Program-made: the position numbers and the translations under genes
Notes under the pieces: generated by a model
Told to the model about the DNA's origin: nothing
Database searches by the model: none
Seen by the model: only the letters and a program-made list of their open reading frames with translations
From: Alphaproteobacteria bacterium
Lineage (GTDB): Bacteria; Pseudomonadota; Alphaproteobacteria; JBFXJJ01
Direction of reading: 5' to 3'
Assembly (NCBI GenBank): GCA_050175015.1
Contig: JBFXJJ010000001.1
Span: 64,001 to 128,000, forward strand
Length of the DNA: 64,000 bases
In this document: one piece after another, positions 43,233-54,400 of the stretch
Numbering within the stretch: the first letter of the stretch is position 1
How the letters are laid out: every line of letters begins with the position of its first letter

Positions 43233-43757
43233 TTATAGCTTATAAAAATTTTCGATCACAAAACAAATTATAGCAGAAAAACAAATTGCTACACCATAAG
43301 GAATACCGTTCTTATCATTCATAAGCTGGTTTAAGCATTGCGGGTACTTCCTGTTTTTCAAAAAAGTTCTTATGAAAATCAGGAATAAAGCGATAACTCC
43401 CCCCAAAAAAGATGTCATAACAATCATAAGCAGAATGTTTTTTAAACTAAACCATAAACCTAAAACAGCAAAAAGTTTAATATCTCCACCACCAATAAAA
43501 CCTAATTGCCAGATTATTATGCCTAAAACCAAATTAGAAATAGCAATTAGAGAGCGTTCAATTAAAAACAATAAAAATTCTTCGGGATTTTCTAAATATT
43601 TATAAAAAGCAAAAAATAAAAATAAGAATAATAAAAATAACGGTATTTTATTTGGAATAGTAAAAGTAAGAATGTCTTTAATAGATGCCCATAACATTAT
43701 AGTTAAGAAAAAAAAGAATATTAATGCTTTGAAATAAATGCCGCCTATCAAAAACAC
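43233..43757 (-). CDS. cpaA: A24 prepilin peptidase CpaA/TadV
   Basis: D..TFTIPN, GGGDIKL, IPYGVAI. Confidence 0.9.
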   Translation of the reverse strand: MFLIGGIYFKALIFFFFLTIMLWASIKDILTFTIPNKIPLFLLFLFLFFAFYKYLENPEEFLLFLIERSLIAISNLVLGIIIWQLGFIGGGDIKLFAVLGLWFSLKNILLMIVMTSFLGGVIALFLIFIRTFLKNRKYPQCLNQLMNDKNGIPYGVAICFSAIICFVIENFYKL

Positions 43758-43833
43758 ATTAACAACCCTTGTATTATTAAAATGTGCTGAGACAGTTTAA
43801 TTTCTATATCAGCACATTAACAAACAACTATCT

Positions 43834-44049
43834 CTATTCTTCGGCTGACATTTCAGCTGTTTTTTCAGCAACTTTATCAGAAATACCTGTGAATAAACCT
43901 TTAATGTTATCACCTAATGTGAAAACAATAACGATAATTGCAACAGCAACACCAGCTGCAATTAGTCCGTATTCAATGGCAGTTGCTCCTTTGATATCCT
44001 TAACAATTTTATTTTTCAATAACATTGCTTTAATATATAAACTTAACAT
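43834..44049 (-). CDS. flp: Flp family type IVb pilin
   Basis: KG|ATAIEYGLIAA Flp motif followed by a hydrophobic helix. Confidence 0.95.
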   Translation of the reverse strand: MLSLYIKAMLLKNKIVKDIKGATAIEYGLIAAGVAVAIIVIVFTLGDNIKGLFTGISDKVAEKTAEMSAEE

Positions 44050-44310
44050 TCTAATATCTCCTTATTTTTTACTAAGCTAGCCCCATGCTATCTCTTTACA
44101 TAACTTCATATGCTACATAATATATAAAGAAACATCAATACTTTAGTTGATAATTAACAGTAGCCTTAAATCAACTAGGAGTTTATATTTTATGATTAGT
44201 CAACCGGCAACGCTATGATGTGTGTCACAGATATAAATATTCAGCTGTCTTAAAATTAAGAAAGATGATAATTGCAAAAAAAACAATTATGGGGATAAGG
44301 GAAAATAAAA

Positions 44311-44847
44311 TTGCTATTACCTTCAAAAAAATATGTAGAATCCAGATTTCAAAAGTTATCTGCTGATAATAAAGGATCTGTAGCAATCGAATTTGCTTTT
44401 TGCGCCCTTCCTTTTTTGGCCTTACTTTTTGCAATAATTGAAATATCAATGGTTTTACTGTTTAGCATTATTCTTGATGGCGCTGTTCTTGATGCTGCAC
44501 GTAAAATCAGAACTGGGGAAGCTTTTGAATCGGGAGATGCAGCAGGCACATTTGCAACCAAGCTTTGTGATTCTTTATTTGGGGTGATTGATTGTGACAA
44601 GGTAAGCTATCATGTAACCGTTTTTCCCGATTTTTCATCAATTACCTTTGCCCCGATGTACGATGAAGATGGAGAACCTATTCCTAGTTATTTTGAAGAC
44701 AGCGTGGCTGGAGATATTGTTGTTGTCAGAGCTTCTTATACTTGGAACATTTTAACTCCTTTTTTAGCTCCCTTTTTAGGCAGAGATAACTTTGGATTAG
44801 TTGCAACTACCGTTTTTCGCAGTGAACCTTATCAAGGAGCAATTTGA
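44311..44847 (+). CDS. TadE-like minor pilin
   Basis: KGSVAIEFA, DAARKIRTG, FRSEPY. Confidence 0.88.
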   Translation: MLLPSKKYVESRFQKLSADNKGSVAIEFAFCALPFLALLFAIIEISMVLLFSIILDGAVLDAARKIRTGEAFESGDAAGTFATKLCDSLFGVIDCDKVSYHVTVFPDFSSITFAPMYDEDGEPIPSYFEDSVAGDIVVVRASYTWNILTPFLAPFLGRDNFGLVATTVFRSEPYQGAI

Positions 44848-45365
44848 TGCTAAAACAGTTCCAAAAAGATATCTCTGCATCAGCAGCATCTGAATTTGCT
44901 TTAGTCATACCTTTTATGCTTATCTTGCTTTTGGGTGTTGTGGAAACATCACAGATTCTAATGGTTAAAAGGAAAGTAACTGCGGTTGCTCAAAATTGTG
45001 CTGATTTAATTTCCCGTGAAACATCAATAACAAACACTGAACTTGCTGATGTGGTTAAAGCCGTTTCTATGATTTTCTACCCTCTGCCCACGCAAAATCT
45101 AGGCATAAACATAAGCAGCATTGTTTTTGATGAAAGTAACAATCCCAGCTTAGATTGGGAGTTGACAGAAAGTGAAATTACGCTGCTTGGGGATCCTGTT
45201 TTAGATGATGTCACAGGATTAGGAGAAGCAAATGGAAGTGTGATAGTTGTATCGGTTACTTATAAACATAATCTTTTGTTTCCAACTTTGTTTGGCAGCA
45301 GTTACAACTTTTTTGAAAGGTCTTATGCCAAACCTAGGCGTTCAGCAAAAGTTACAAAGGAGTAA
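44844..45365 (+). CDS. TadE/TadF-like minor pilin
   Basis: SAASEFALVIP...ADLISR; C-terminal KPR. Confidence 0.82.
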   Translation: MMLKQFQKDISASAASEFALVIPFMLILLLGVVETSQILMVKRKVTAVAQNCADLISRETSITNTELADVVKAVSMIFYPLPTQNLGINISSIVFDESNNPSLDWELTESEITLLGDPVLDDVTGLGEANGSVIVVSVTYKHNLLFPTLFGSSYNFFERSYAKPRRSAKVTKE

Positions 45366-45371
45366 GAGATA

Positions 45372-46913
45372 ATGAGTATCACTAGAAAAAATAATTTAAA
45401 TGATGAAAGAGGAGCCTTTGCTGTAATTTTAGCTGTTGCAATTATTCCATTAATGTTTGTTGTCGGTTCAGCAATAGACCTTTCCCGTGCATATGTTGCC
45501 AAATCACGTCTTTCTTTTGCTCTCGATGCCGCAGGTTTAGCTGTTGGTGCGGCTAGCACCCAAGATGAAGATGAGCTTAATGAAATTATGCAGGCTTATT
45601 TTAATAAAAATTATCCCAGTTCAGAAATTGGAGACGAAGTTGATTTAGATATGACTTTTACCAATGGAGTTGTAACTCTCAGCGCAACAAGAAGAGTTCC
45701 AACAACATTTATGGCTCTTGCTAATTATGATTATTTAGATGTTTATGCTTCAACTCAAATAATCCGTGAAACTAAAGGATTAGAAGTAGCATTGGTGCTA
45801 GATAACACAGGTTCCATGTCATCAAACGGCAAAATAGTGGCGTTAAGAACTGCCGCAACATCATTGATTAATATTTTATTTGGCAACCAAGAAGATCCTG
45901 AGAACCTTAAAGTCTCACTCGTTCCTTATGTTACAACAGTTAATATCGGTAAAAACAATAAAGCGTATGTTAATTTTTCTGGAACGTCCTTTACAGGAGA
46001 CGATGCGATCGATTTAGCAAATACGGGAACAACTTGGAAAGGCTGTGTTAAAGCAAGATCATATCCTTTTAATGTGGAAAATGAAGGGGGAGGTTTATGG
46101 CCGGCCTATATCTGGCCTAAGGAGCCGCGTTATAGAGGAACAAGCGGAACATTAACCAGCAGCTGTGCTAATGTTTCCAATTCTTCAGGAACAGCGTGGA
46201 GCTATATTAAAGAACCTAATATCATTAGCAATAGTACTGTATCATCTTCTGGTCCCAACAAAGATTGTCCTCGTGCGCTTGTCCCGCTTTCTAGTGACAA
46301 ACAGCTTTTGCTTGATGAAATTGCGGCAATGTCTCCTTGGGGAAGTAACGGAACCATGTCCCATATGGGAATTTTCTGGGGAACAGAAACTCTTACCCCC
46401 GAGGCTCCTTTTGATGAAGGCGTCGATTGGGGAGATGAAGAATGGAATAAAGCTCTCATTATTATGACCGATGGTATTAACACGCTTACTCAACAGCATT
46501 ATCAATATAATACCAGTGAAACATCATCATCACATTATTGCCGTAATCCTACAACTCAGCGCCCAGTTGCATCTTCATGGCCCAATGGCGGTCCTTGGAC
46601 TCATTTTAGCGGAGAAGGATACCCCGTTGATGATGGACTTTTGCCTCTCGGTTCAGGAACAAAAGCTCAAAAATATAATAATATGATGACATTATTAAAT
46701 ACATATACGGCAGAGACCTGCGAATATGCTAAGTCAAAGGGCATTATTGTTTATACAATTACATTTCAATTAACAAATACAACCATTCAAGATTTATATC
46801 GGAATTGCGCAACTGATCCTAGTAAATATTTCAACTCTCCAACCAGCGAATCTTTACAGCAAACTTTTAGGGCAATAGGGGCAGAATTAAGCAATCTTCG
46901 TGTTAGTAGATAA
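45372..46913 (+). CDS. TadG-like pilus protein with vWA domain
   Basis: N-terminal TadG helix (ALDAAGLA), LVLDNTGSM and IIMTDG MIDAS-like motifs. Confidence 0.88.
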   Translation: MSITRKNNLNDERGAFAVILAVAIIPLMFVVGSAIDLSRAYVAKSRLSFALDAAGLAVGAASTQDEDELNEIMQAYFNKNYPSSEIGDEVDLDMTFTNGVVTLSATRRVPTTFMALANYDYLDVYASTQIIRETKGLEVALVLDNTGSMSSNGKIVALRTAATSLINILFGNQEDPENLKVSLVPYVTTVNIGKNNKAYVNFSGTSFTGDDAIDLANTGTTWKGCVKARSYPFNVENEGGGLWPAYIWPKEPRYRGTSGTLTSSCANVSNSSGTAWSYIKEPNIISNSTVSSSGPNKDCPRALVPLSSDKQLLLDEIAAMSPWGSNGTMSHMGIFWGTETLTPEAPFDEGVDWGDEEWNKALIIMTDGINTLTQQHYQYNTSETSSSHYCRNPTTQRPVASSWPNGGPWTHFSGEGYPVDDGLLPLGSGTKAQKYNNMMTLLNTYTAETCEYAKSKGIIVYTITFQLTNTTIQDLYRNCATDPSKYFNSPTSESLQQTFRAIGAELSNLRVSR

Positions 46914-46996
46914 AAACTATGTTTGCAAGATTACATTTTACAGTTATTATATTTCTTTAATTAACTTATAAGGCATTTATTACCAACGAGTAAAGT

Positions 46997-47707
46997 ATGG
47001 CAGAAGATAATAAAAAATATACCTTATCTAATTTATCATTATTTGAAGACGTTTCAGCAGAAATTGTTGCCAAAATCGAAAACGAATGTGAGTGGCGCAA
47101 TTTAGAAAAGGACGAAATCATTTTTGATGATAAAAACGCCACAATAGATGTCTTTTTCATTGTTAAGGGAAAGGCGAGAGTTTTTATTGATTCAAAAAAT
47201 CAAATACAAGATGAAGAAAAAGAAGTCGCGCTGGCTGAACTTAAAGAAGGTGATTATTTCGGAGAAATTTCAGCAATTGATGGCCGTCCTCGAACGGCGA
47301 AGATTAAAACTACAGAGCCGACAATATTAGCCGTTTTAAAAAGAGAGCAGTTTTTATATCTTGTCGAAAGAATCCCTCAAATATCCTTTAAAATAATTAA
47401 TAAATTTGTCGGCATTATTAGAGCCCTTGATAAAAGGGTAACAGAACTTTCAGTTCTAACCGAAAGCGAAAGAATCTGTTCAGAAATAGCTAGATTGTCA
47501 ATAACAGACGTTACTAAACCAAACAGCCGGATTATTCCTATAATGCCTCGACATCAAGATATTGCAATGTGGGCAGGTGTAAGCAAAGAAATGGTTGCGA
47601 AAATAATAGGAGAGCTTGCTAGAAACAGTATTATTGAAAGACGCAGTTTATCTTTGATAATTAATGATTGGGACAAGCTTCAATCTCTTTGCCATTCAAC
47701 AGTATAA
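46997..47707 (+). CDS. Crp/Fnr family cyclic-nucleotide-binding transcriptional regulator
   Basis: FGEISAIDGRPRTA cNMP site; C-terminal HTH HQDIAMWAGVSKEMV. Confidence 0.9.
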   Translation: MAEDNKKYTLSNLSLFEDVSAEIVAKIENECEWRNLEKDEIIFDDKNATIDVFFIVKGKARVFIDSKNQIQDEEKEVALAELKEGDYFGEISAIDGRPRTAKIKTTEPTILAVLKREQFLYLVERIPQISFKIINKFVGIIRALDKRVTELSVLTESERICSEIARLSITDVTKPNSRIIPIMPRHQDIAMWAGVSKEMVAKIIGELARNSIIERRSLSLIINDWDKLQSLCHSTV

Positions 47708-47709
47708 TT

Positions 47710-48522
47710 CTAAAATTTTTTATTATATAATCCTAAATTCTCATATAACTTTTTATTGCTTTGAAAATCTTTTTCATTAAGATCTTGCCTCATTAGCTCT
47801 TCAGCTTCTTTTGTTTGACCTTTAAAAAGTTTAAGCATAGCTAGATTCTGCCTTAATTGGGGAGAAGATTTTGAGCTGTATACAAGAGGTTCAAGAAGGT
47901 TTATCGCCTCATCAAGTTTGTTGGACTTGGCTAAAGATAATGATAAATTATTGAGAACATCAATATTAGACGGTGATATTTTAAGAGCTTGATTATAATA
48001 ATCTTGAGCTTTATCAGAATCTTCCTTTACATCGTATGCAATACCAAGCGCATTTAAAACTTCAATATTCTCAGGTTCGCTTTCCAACGCTTTAAGAAGA
48101 GCTTCAAGTGCATTATCAATAGAATTATTAGCAATATTTAATTTGCCATATTCTATTAAGACTGGCGTTGAATAAGGCTCTTTTCTTAATGAGGAAATAA
48201 GATCTATTGCTTCTTGAGTTTTTCCTACATAGCGTAAATTTTTTGCTGCCCCAATTAAAAAGTCATCAGATTCTGGTTTATAATGTACAAGGCTCAAATA
48301 GTTCTCAGATGCCATTTGATATTGATTGTTTGCTTCCGCAGTAACAGCATCTTGTAGAACCGATGGTAATAAAGATTTATTCAAAGCTTTATAATCAGTA
48401 GATGGGCTGTTTGTTGAACAAGAAGCAATAAAAATACAATAAATAGTTAAAAGAAAGATTTTAATGCTTATGCGTCTTTTATAATTATCTTTTTTTATAA
48501 AAACGTTGTTTGTTCTCAGCAT
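47710..48522 (-). CDS. TPR lipoprotein, TadD-like
   Basis: Lipobox IASC; TPR repeats (LNALGIAYD, LNNLSLSL, RQNLAM). Confidence 0.8.
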   Translation of the reverse strand: MLRTNNVFIKKDNYKRRISIKIFLLTIYCIFIASCSTNSPSTDYKALNKSLLPSVLQDAVTAEANNQYQMASENYLSLVHYKPESDDFLIGAAKNLRYVGKTQEAIDLISSLRKEPYSTPVLIEYGKLNIANNSIDNALEALLKALESEPENIEVLNALGIAYDVKEDSDKAQDYYNQALKISPSNIDVLNNLSLSLAKSNKLDEAINLLEPLVYSSKSSPQLRQNLAMLKLFKGQTKEAEELMRQDLNEKDFQSNKKLYENLGLYNKKF

Positions 48523-48855
48523 TTAGAGCCTCATTTGTAAATTGGTCTTTATTGTAAGTCTGCTACTTTTTTGAAGTTATCGCCCTAACGATTATAATTT
48601 ATTTATTATTTTATAGATATGAAAAAATATCGGATATTTTTAGTAATTATTGGGGGCTATTTTGCCATCACAGCAATTCAACCTATAGTGTATTTATGCA
48701 AATAATTTGTAACAAAAAGATTATTTGTTATGGTTTTAAGATTGTTTTATTAACATTTACAATAACTAAAATATCGTTAAAAAATGTCTTTTGTTAACTT
48801 TTTGTTCTCTTTATGTTATATGTTTGTTTCTAATTTAAACAAAGGAGATAAAATT

Positions 48856-49533
48856 ATGGGTATGCTTGAAAAACTTATAGAAACGGCAATAACTGGGGCT
48901 ATAGTATATGGGGTAGCAAAACATGAAGAAAAGAGTAAAGAGCAAAAAGAAAATTTTCCGCCCAAAGATGACACTGATTCTAAAGGAGATAACGATGAAA
49001 ACTCATCAAATGAAAATGAAGATGGTTCAGAAGATAAATCCAGTAATTTTATGAACAAAAACTATTCTCAAACGTTAGCTAATATTATGCCTGAGGTTAG
49101 AAAAGAATTTTATGGTATGGTTGATAAAAGTTCTAAGATTTTATCAAAAAATCCAGTAGAAATGACTAAAGAAGAAATGATGAAAGCAAAAGCATTCGTT
49201 TATGATAATGCTTATCACCCTAAAAAAGATGCTTTGAATCAGCATTTAGAAAATTATTTTAAAGTTCGTTACCCTGGAGAGGTTGAATATGATGAAACTG
49301 GTCGTATGATAGACCCTCAATCTATTATCCCGGAACCAACAGTTAAGGCTAAATATAAAGATATAAATGGCAGATTAATTGATGATGGGCTTGATAATAT
49401 CCTTATTAAAACAGCTCTTAGTTCTAAATCTGGGAATGGGGCAAAAAATCTCCAAAAAGCTGTTAATTCATTACAAGGCTTTAATGTTTTAAAAGAAGAT
49501 AATGATGATAAATTTGATTTAAGATATATTTAA
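48856..49533 (+). CDS. Hypothetical protein, possibly truncated at a peptidoglycan-binding-like motif
   Basis: ATG at 48856 with AAAGGAG RBS; ends shortly after KNLQKAVN...LKED. Confidence 0.55.
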   Translation: MGMLEKLIETAITGAIVYGVAKHEEKSKEQKENFPPKDDTDSKGDNDENSSNENEDGSEDKSSNFMNKNYSQTLANIMPEVRKEFYGMVDKSSKILSKNPVEMTKEEMMKAKAFVYDNAYHPKKDALNQHLENYFKVRYPGEVEYDETGRMIDPQSIIPEPTVKAKYKDINGRLIDDGLDNILIKTALSSKSGNGAKNLQKAVNSLQGFNVLKEDNDDKFDLRYI

Positions 49534-49550
49534 ATAAACCTGTATTAAAG

Positions 49551-50531
49551 TTGGGGCAAGTGTTTGGAATCTTGGTGAAAATTATGTGGCAAAAAATAAA
49601 AGATAATTTTTTAACTATCGCAACTTCGGCATATTTTTTGTTTTGGGGAATCGAAATCATAGCTTTTTACATAGGTTATAAAAAATTTGAAGAAAAAAAG
49701 AATATGGATTTTATACAAGATGTATTAAATAATTCTTTAACAAATGTTATTATTTTAATAATTATATTAACAACTTTATCTTTGTTCTTAATTTTTGCAT
49801 TAATAAGAAAAAAGAAAAAAGCGTTTTTAAAAATAATATCTTATTTTTTAATTCCTCTAATATTATTTACTAATATTATTTTTTTGTTTTCTTCGTTAAA
49901 TGGATATGTAGCAAAATATTTAATCTACGGAACGAAGAATCAGATAGAGCAGTTATTTAATAGCCCTAACTCTGTTCTTATTAAATTGATACCAAAATTA
50001 AATCCTATATATGTAAGTATTATTTATAATAGAGATGAAAAAATTATTGAATTTTTAATAAACAAAACCAAGAAAGTTAATGCTATAGATTTCTTTGGAA
50101 GAACACCTCTTGTTTATGCTGTTACAGAAAGTTCTCCTGAAATTGTAGAACTCTTAGTAAAAAATGGAGCAGATGTTAACTTTCAAAATAAAAAGCTTCA
50201 TAACTATACTCCTTTGATGGAATCTATTGTTTTAAATAATAAAATAAATGATAAAGAAAAAATTGTAGAACTCCTAATAAAAGCAGGAGCTGATGTCAGT
50301 CTGCAATCTAGTGATGGTAGAAAAGTTTTAGATTATGCAACAATCTTATATAGCAAAAATAAAGATGAAATAACTTTAAGAACTATTGAATTATTATTAG
50401 AAGCTGGAGCGAACCCATTTTTAAAACCTAATGAAAAAGTCTTGTCGCCATATGAAATGGCTCGGAAATATGAAAATGCTGAGCTAATAGAACTATTTGA
50501 AAAGTATCGGGATAAAGACAAATTAAAATAG
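49551..50531 (+). CDS. Membrane-anchored ankyrin repeat protein
   Basis: About 3 N-terminal TM segments; GRTPLVYA...LLVKNGADVN, YTPLM...LLIKAGADV, LLLEAGANP. Confidence 0.85.
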   Translation: MGQVFGILVKIMWQKIKDNFLTIATSAYFLFWGIEIIAFYIGYKKFEEKKNMDFIQDVLNNSLTNVIILIIILTTLSLFLIFALIRKKKKAFLKIISYFLIPLILFTNIIFLFSSLNGYVAKYLIYGTKNQIEQLFNSPNSVLIKLIPKLNPIYVSIIYNRDEKIIEFLINKTKKVNAIDFFGRTPLVYAVTESSPEIVELLVKNGADVNFQNKKLHNYTPLMESIVLNNKINDKEKIVELLIKAGADVSLQSSDGRKVLDYATILYSKNKDEITLRTIELLLEAGANPFLKPNEKVLSPYEMARKYENAELIELFEKYRDKDKLK

Positions 50532-50748
50532 AGGTTTAATAATGGAAAATATTCTAAAATCAATAGAAGATGGTTTTAATAAAATAACAAATATAACCTG
50601 TATTATAGATTATATGAGCAAAGGTGAAAATCACAAGCCGACTAAACTAAAACCAATTTATGAAGGATAATTAAAAAAATATTTGTAATACCTTAAAAAA
50701 CTATCCGTCTTCTCTTTATGTTTTTTGATTAAAAAGGTTACCCCAAAG

Positions 50749-50784
50749 AAAAAGGGCTTTAAGGCAAAAACCTTAAAACCCTTT
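50749..50784 (-). terminator. Intrinsic terminator downstream of the tRNA 3' fragment
   Basis: Stem AAAGGGCTTTAAGG / CCTTAAAACCCTTT; the single mismatch is a G-U pair on the minus strand; U-tail on minus. Confidence 0.7.
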
Positions 50785-50791
50785 ATTTAAT

Positions 50792-50836
50792 TGGTGGGCG
50801 ATGGGGGACTCGAACCCACGGCCCGCTGATTAAGAG
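50792..50836 (-). pseudogene. 3' half of tRNA-Lys(CTT), displaced fragment / attachment site
   Basis: Reverse complement CTCTTAA-TCAGCGGGCC-GTGGGTTCGAGTCCCCC-ATCGCCC-A-CCA: anticodon loop, T-arm, acceptor 3' strand and CCA; no D-arm or 5' half beyond 50836. Confidence 0.85.
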
Positions 50837-51166
50837 ATTTTGTCAGGAAATTTAGAACTGGTCCCGAAAGACACGCTAACCCATTGAAAAGCAATGGTAA
50901 AACTTTAACTAAGCGATTAGCCCCGTGTTAAGCAATCCGTGTTCCCGCCTTATTCCCGCTTTTATCACCAAATTTCAGCTTAAAACCGATAACAGCCGTT
51001 TTTAGCATAAGCTCCTATTTTTAAACAAATTTGATGTAGGCTTAACCTGTAGAGTAATTTAATACGGAAAAAAGGAAAAAATTGATTGATAGAAGGACAC
51101 TTCAAAAGCTAGATAAATGAGCTATTTCACGCTATAATTATTCACGATGATTATCATTCTTCTTTA

Positions 51167-51201
51167 GTATTAAGTATTATGTATTATGTATTATGTATTA
51201 T
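51167..51201. repeat. Heptamer tandem repeat (GTATTAT)x4 plus one variant unit
   Basis: GTATTAA followed by four exact GTATTAT units. Confidence 0.8.
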
Positions 51202-51407
51202 TCGATAGTTAAAAAAATATCCGATAAAGCATATAGTTCAAACAAAATAAGCATTTTGAATTAACTTATTACCATCTGAATGCACCACTTCTCTTTTTTT
51301 GTCATTAGGCATTTATTTTCCTTATATATGAAAAAGAAAGAATTTAACATTAAAAAAACCATGAAACTTTCCTACTTCCCACAAAAACATATGACTAGTT
51401 GCAAATA

Positions 51408-54400
51408 TTAATATCTTGGCCACTGATTACGCACTTCAGAAAATTCATTTGTATCCTGACAAATTTGTTTCCACACGTTAATTTCTTCAGAAATATCCTG
51501 CTCACGCTCTAAAAAATAAGAATACAGAGCATAAGCAAGGCGTGCGCTATTTTGCCGAATAAGAAGTTTATCTGCTTCTTCTTTAACTGTCGTATCGTTT
51601 TGTGGGCTTGTTTCTTTAGCTAAATATTCTAAACCCTGTAAAACTAACCGCTGAGCTGATTCATTAAGCAAATCTGGCCTTATTTTAATAGCTTCTGTTA
51701 CAAAATGCATAGATGAAGACAAAGCCAATTTTCGCCTCCAACAAACAGCTTGAGCAACGAAAGAAATCAGTCCTTCTAATTTGCTTTTTGAGAAATCAAT
51801 ATTTAATTTTTTAAGTAAAACTAACCCCGCATGTAAATTAATATTTATTGTCTCTTCATCATTTGATGCAATATTATTTGTAATCTCTGTTACTATTTCT
51901 TCTTTCCATTCAGGAAAAATATTTAAAGCTGCCACCTTTAACTGAACATTATGTAGCTCGTATATTTCTAACTCTTTAATTAACTTAGAAAGAGTCCTCT
52001 TAGTTTTAGCATCTACGATTTGATCCAAGTTAGGAATTATCATATAAAACAACACACGGATCAACGCACAAAAACGTGCTTTAAATTCGTCGTAACGAGA
52101 GCCGAAGAGCATAATTTTTTTATTTTCTTCGTTTCTTAATTCTTCTTTATCAGCATCCCACCATTCAACAAGCCTATCTAAAATTCCTTTAATATCTTTT
52201 ATGCTCCAAATTTGCTTATCTCCCAAGCCGATAAGTTCATCACAAAATTCTATTTTTCCTCTTGTTCCAGTATATGATTTATTCCCATTTGTAGTTGGTA
52301 AGGGTAATTTCAGAACGTAATTTTTTACCAGATCATTTACAAAGGTTTCTTTTGGAGAAGGCAAAGTAAGAAGAACAAATTTATAAAAATCCATATTTTC
52401 AGGAAGACCGTTATTATCGACTTTTGACCAGAGAGCTTTAGCAAAATTATTGTTTTGTTCTTCCGTTAATAGACCATATTCATGCAATTTGGCAAGTGAT
52501 ATGATTGCCCATGCTCGTCCATTTGCATTTCCTGAATCTGTATATTTGATTAATTCATTTATCTGTATTTCTGCAAATTCTGATCTAGCCCAATCTTTTA
52601 GTAAATCTTTATCAAATGTTACAAAATAAAATGGATTCATAAATTCATCTTTTGCCATATCAGAAAGATTATCCAATATGGGAAAACTTAACAATTTTGG
52701 AATCCGTTTCCACAATTCATATGGATTATAAGATTCTATTAATCTACGAACCAGATTTTTAATCCCTGCATATTTATTTTTTTGGTTGGATAAATAAATG
52801 GTTTGTAAAAAATACAACAATTGATCTTTTTTCGAGAGAGAAGCTTTAGAACAAAGACGAGAAAGAATATCAGAACCAATTTGAGCAAACAAAATGCCAA
52901 AATTAGGCTTATCATAAGTATTTCCATCTCGTATTTCGGTCTGGTTTTTCTCTAAAATATCCAAAATGAATTCAATCTGTAAATCCGTTTGCTTTTGGTC
53001 AAATTGATTGAAAAAGCTACGGCTAAAAAAATCATCGATGTTTTTTCTATCTCCACAGCGGAGTTGCACTATAAAAGCTAAATAAGGATTGTATTTATAA
53101 ATTCGTTTACATACACCATTGCCTTCTCTTATAGCAAAATTAACCATCGGTACTTTAAAAGGAGAACCTATTTCTTCAATAAAACGCAAGAACTGTTTAG
53201 CAAGAATATAGTCTTTGTCACCACGAATATCCCAATGATAACTGGACTTTATCACACCAATATCAAAATCTGTTTTCTCTATTTTTTCTCTATATATTGT
53301 AGCTTCTCGAGTTAATGCTTGGCTGAACAACAAATTCTCTATTTCAGGATCTATCCCAAATATCTTAAATTGATTCCAATGATTTTCAATATTAGAGCTG
53401 TTTTTATCTCCATAATTACCTTGTTTTGCACGAACAGAAAAAGAAACCTTTCTAAATGACCATAAAATATAAGCCTCTTGAGAAACAAGAGACAAATCAT
53501 CCTTTGTAGGTTTTAAGTTTATCTTTAAACGAATAGTATTTAACGATTGTTCTAATATGGATTGAGCTTCCTCTATGCGCCCTAACTCAGCTAATACACC
53601 TGCTCTTTTTGCCTCCCAGAAGGGTAGCGTTTCATCCTTTTTCCATTTATTAAGAGTTTTTTCAATATCAGGAACTATAAAAGTAAATAAATCTTGTAGA
53701 ACGCATTCGTAGTAAAATCTAGCTCGCTGTTCTGCCGACAAATATCCTTCTATTTTTTCTATTTTATTTTTTATCTTTTTCCATTCATTGTGCTTTCCTT
53801 TTTCCCTAAAATATCGCAGCAAAGAAAATGATAAGTAAATCCATGCATTCTTAATATCATCCCATGGAAGAGATTCATATTTTTTGTCATCATAACATAC
53901 AACCACTTCTTTTTTATGGTTAAGTAATGTTTCAAAAGGCAAATATTTTTTCAAAAGCTTTTTGATAAATTCTGCTTCATAATGATGTAATGGATACAAA
54001 CATCTCTCCAAACGCCAAACTAGCTCATACATAAATTTAATATCAGTAGGAATAGGAAATTTCTTTTCATCCGAAGATATAAACCGATGAAGTTCCGTAA
54101 ACGTTAACAACTTCTCTCGCAAGTTATGTGGCAAAATACACCATCCAGGATAATTTTCTCTGTCTTTTTTCCAAAGTGGAATAAGTTCTTTAAGTTCTTC
54201 TTTTTGATGATACTCTTTAGGCCAATTATAATTATATGGTTTCTTATACTTCAATTTTTTTAAAAAATATTCTAATGCCTTATAATGAAAATTGGATACA
54301 TTGGTGTTTGTTCTCACCTGTTGAGACAAGTCGACAACAACAATATTGCGCTTTTCAAATAGCTTATATTGAGAATGTGTTGGTCTTGATGCTGTTACCA

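Noticed and set aside
44050-44310. CtrA boxes (TTAA-N7-TTAA) at the pilin promoter
   Set aside because: Only imperfect or mis-spaced matches, which are expected by chance in such AT-rich DNA.
50792-50870. Intact tRNA-Lys gene or intron-containing tRNA
   Set aside because: No D-arm or 5' acceptor strand follows the anticodon loop, and I found no 5' exon or group I intron core; treated as an att fragment.
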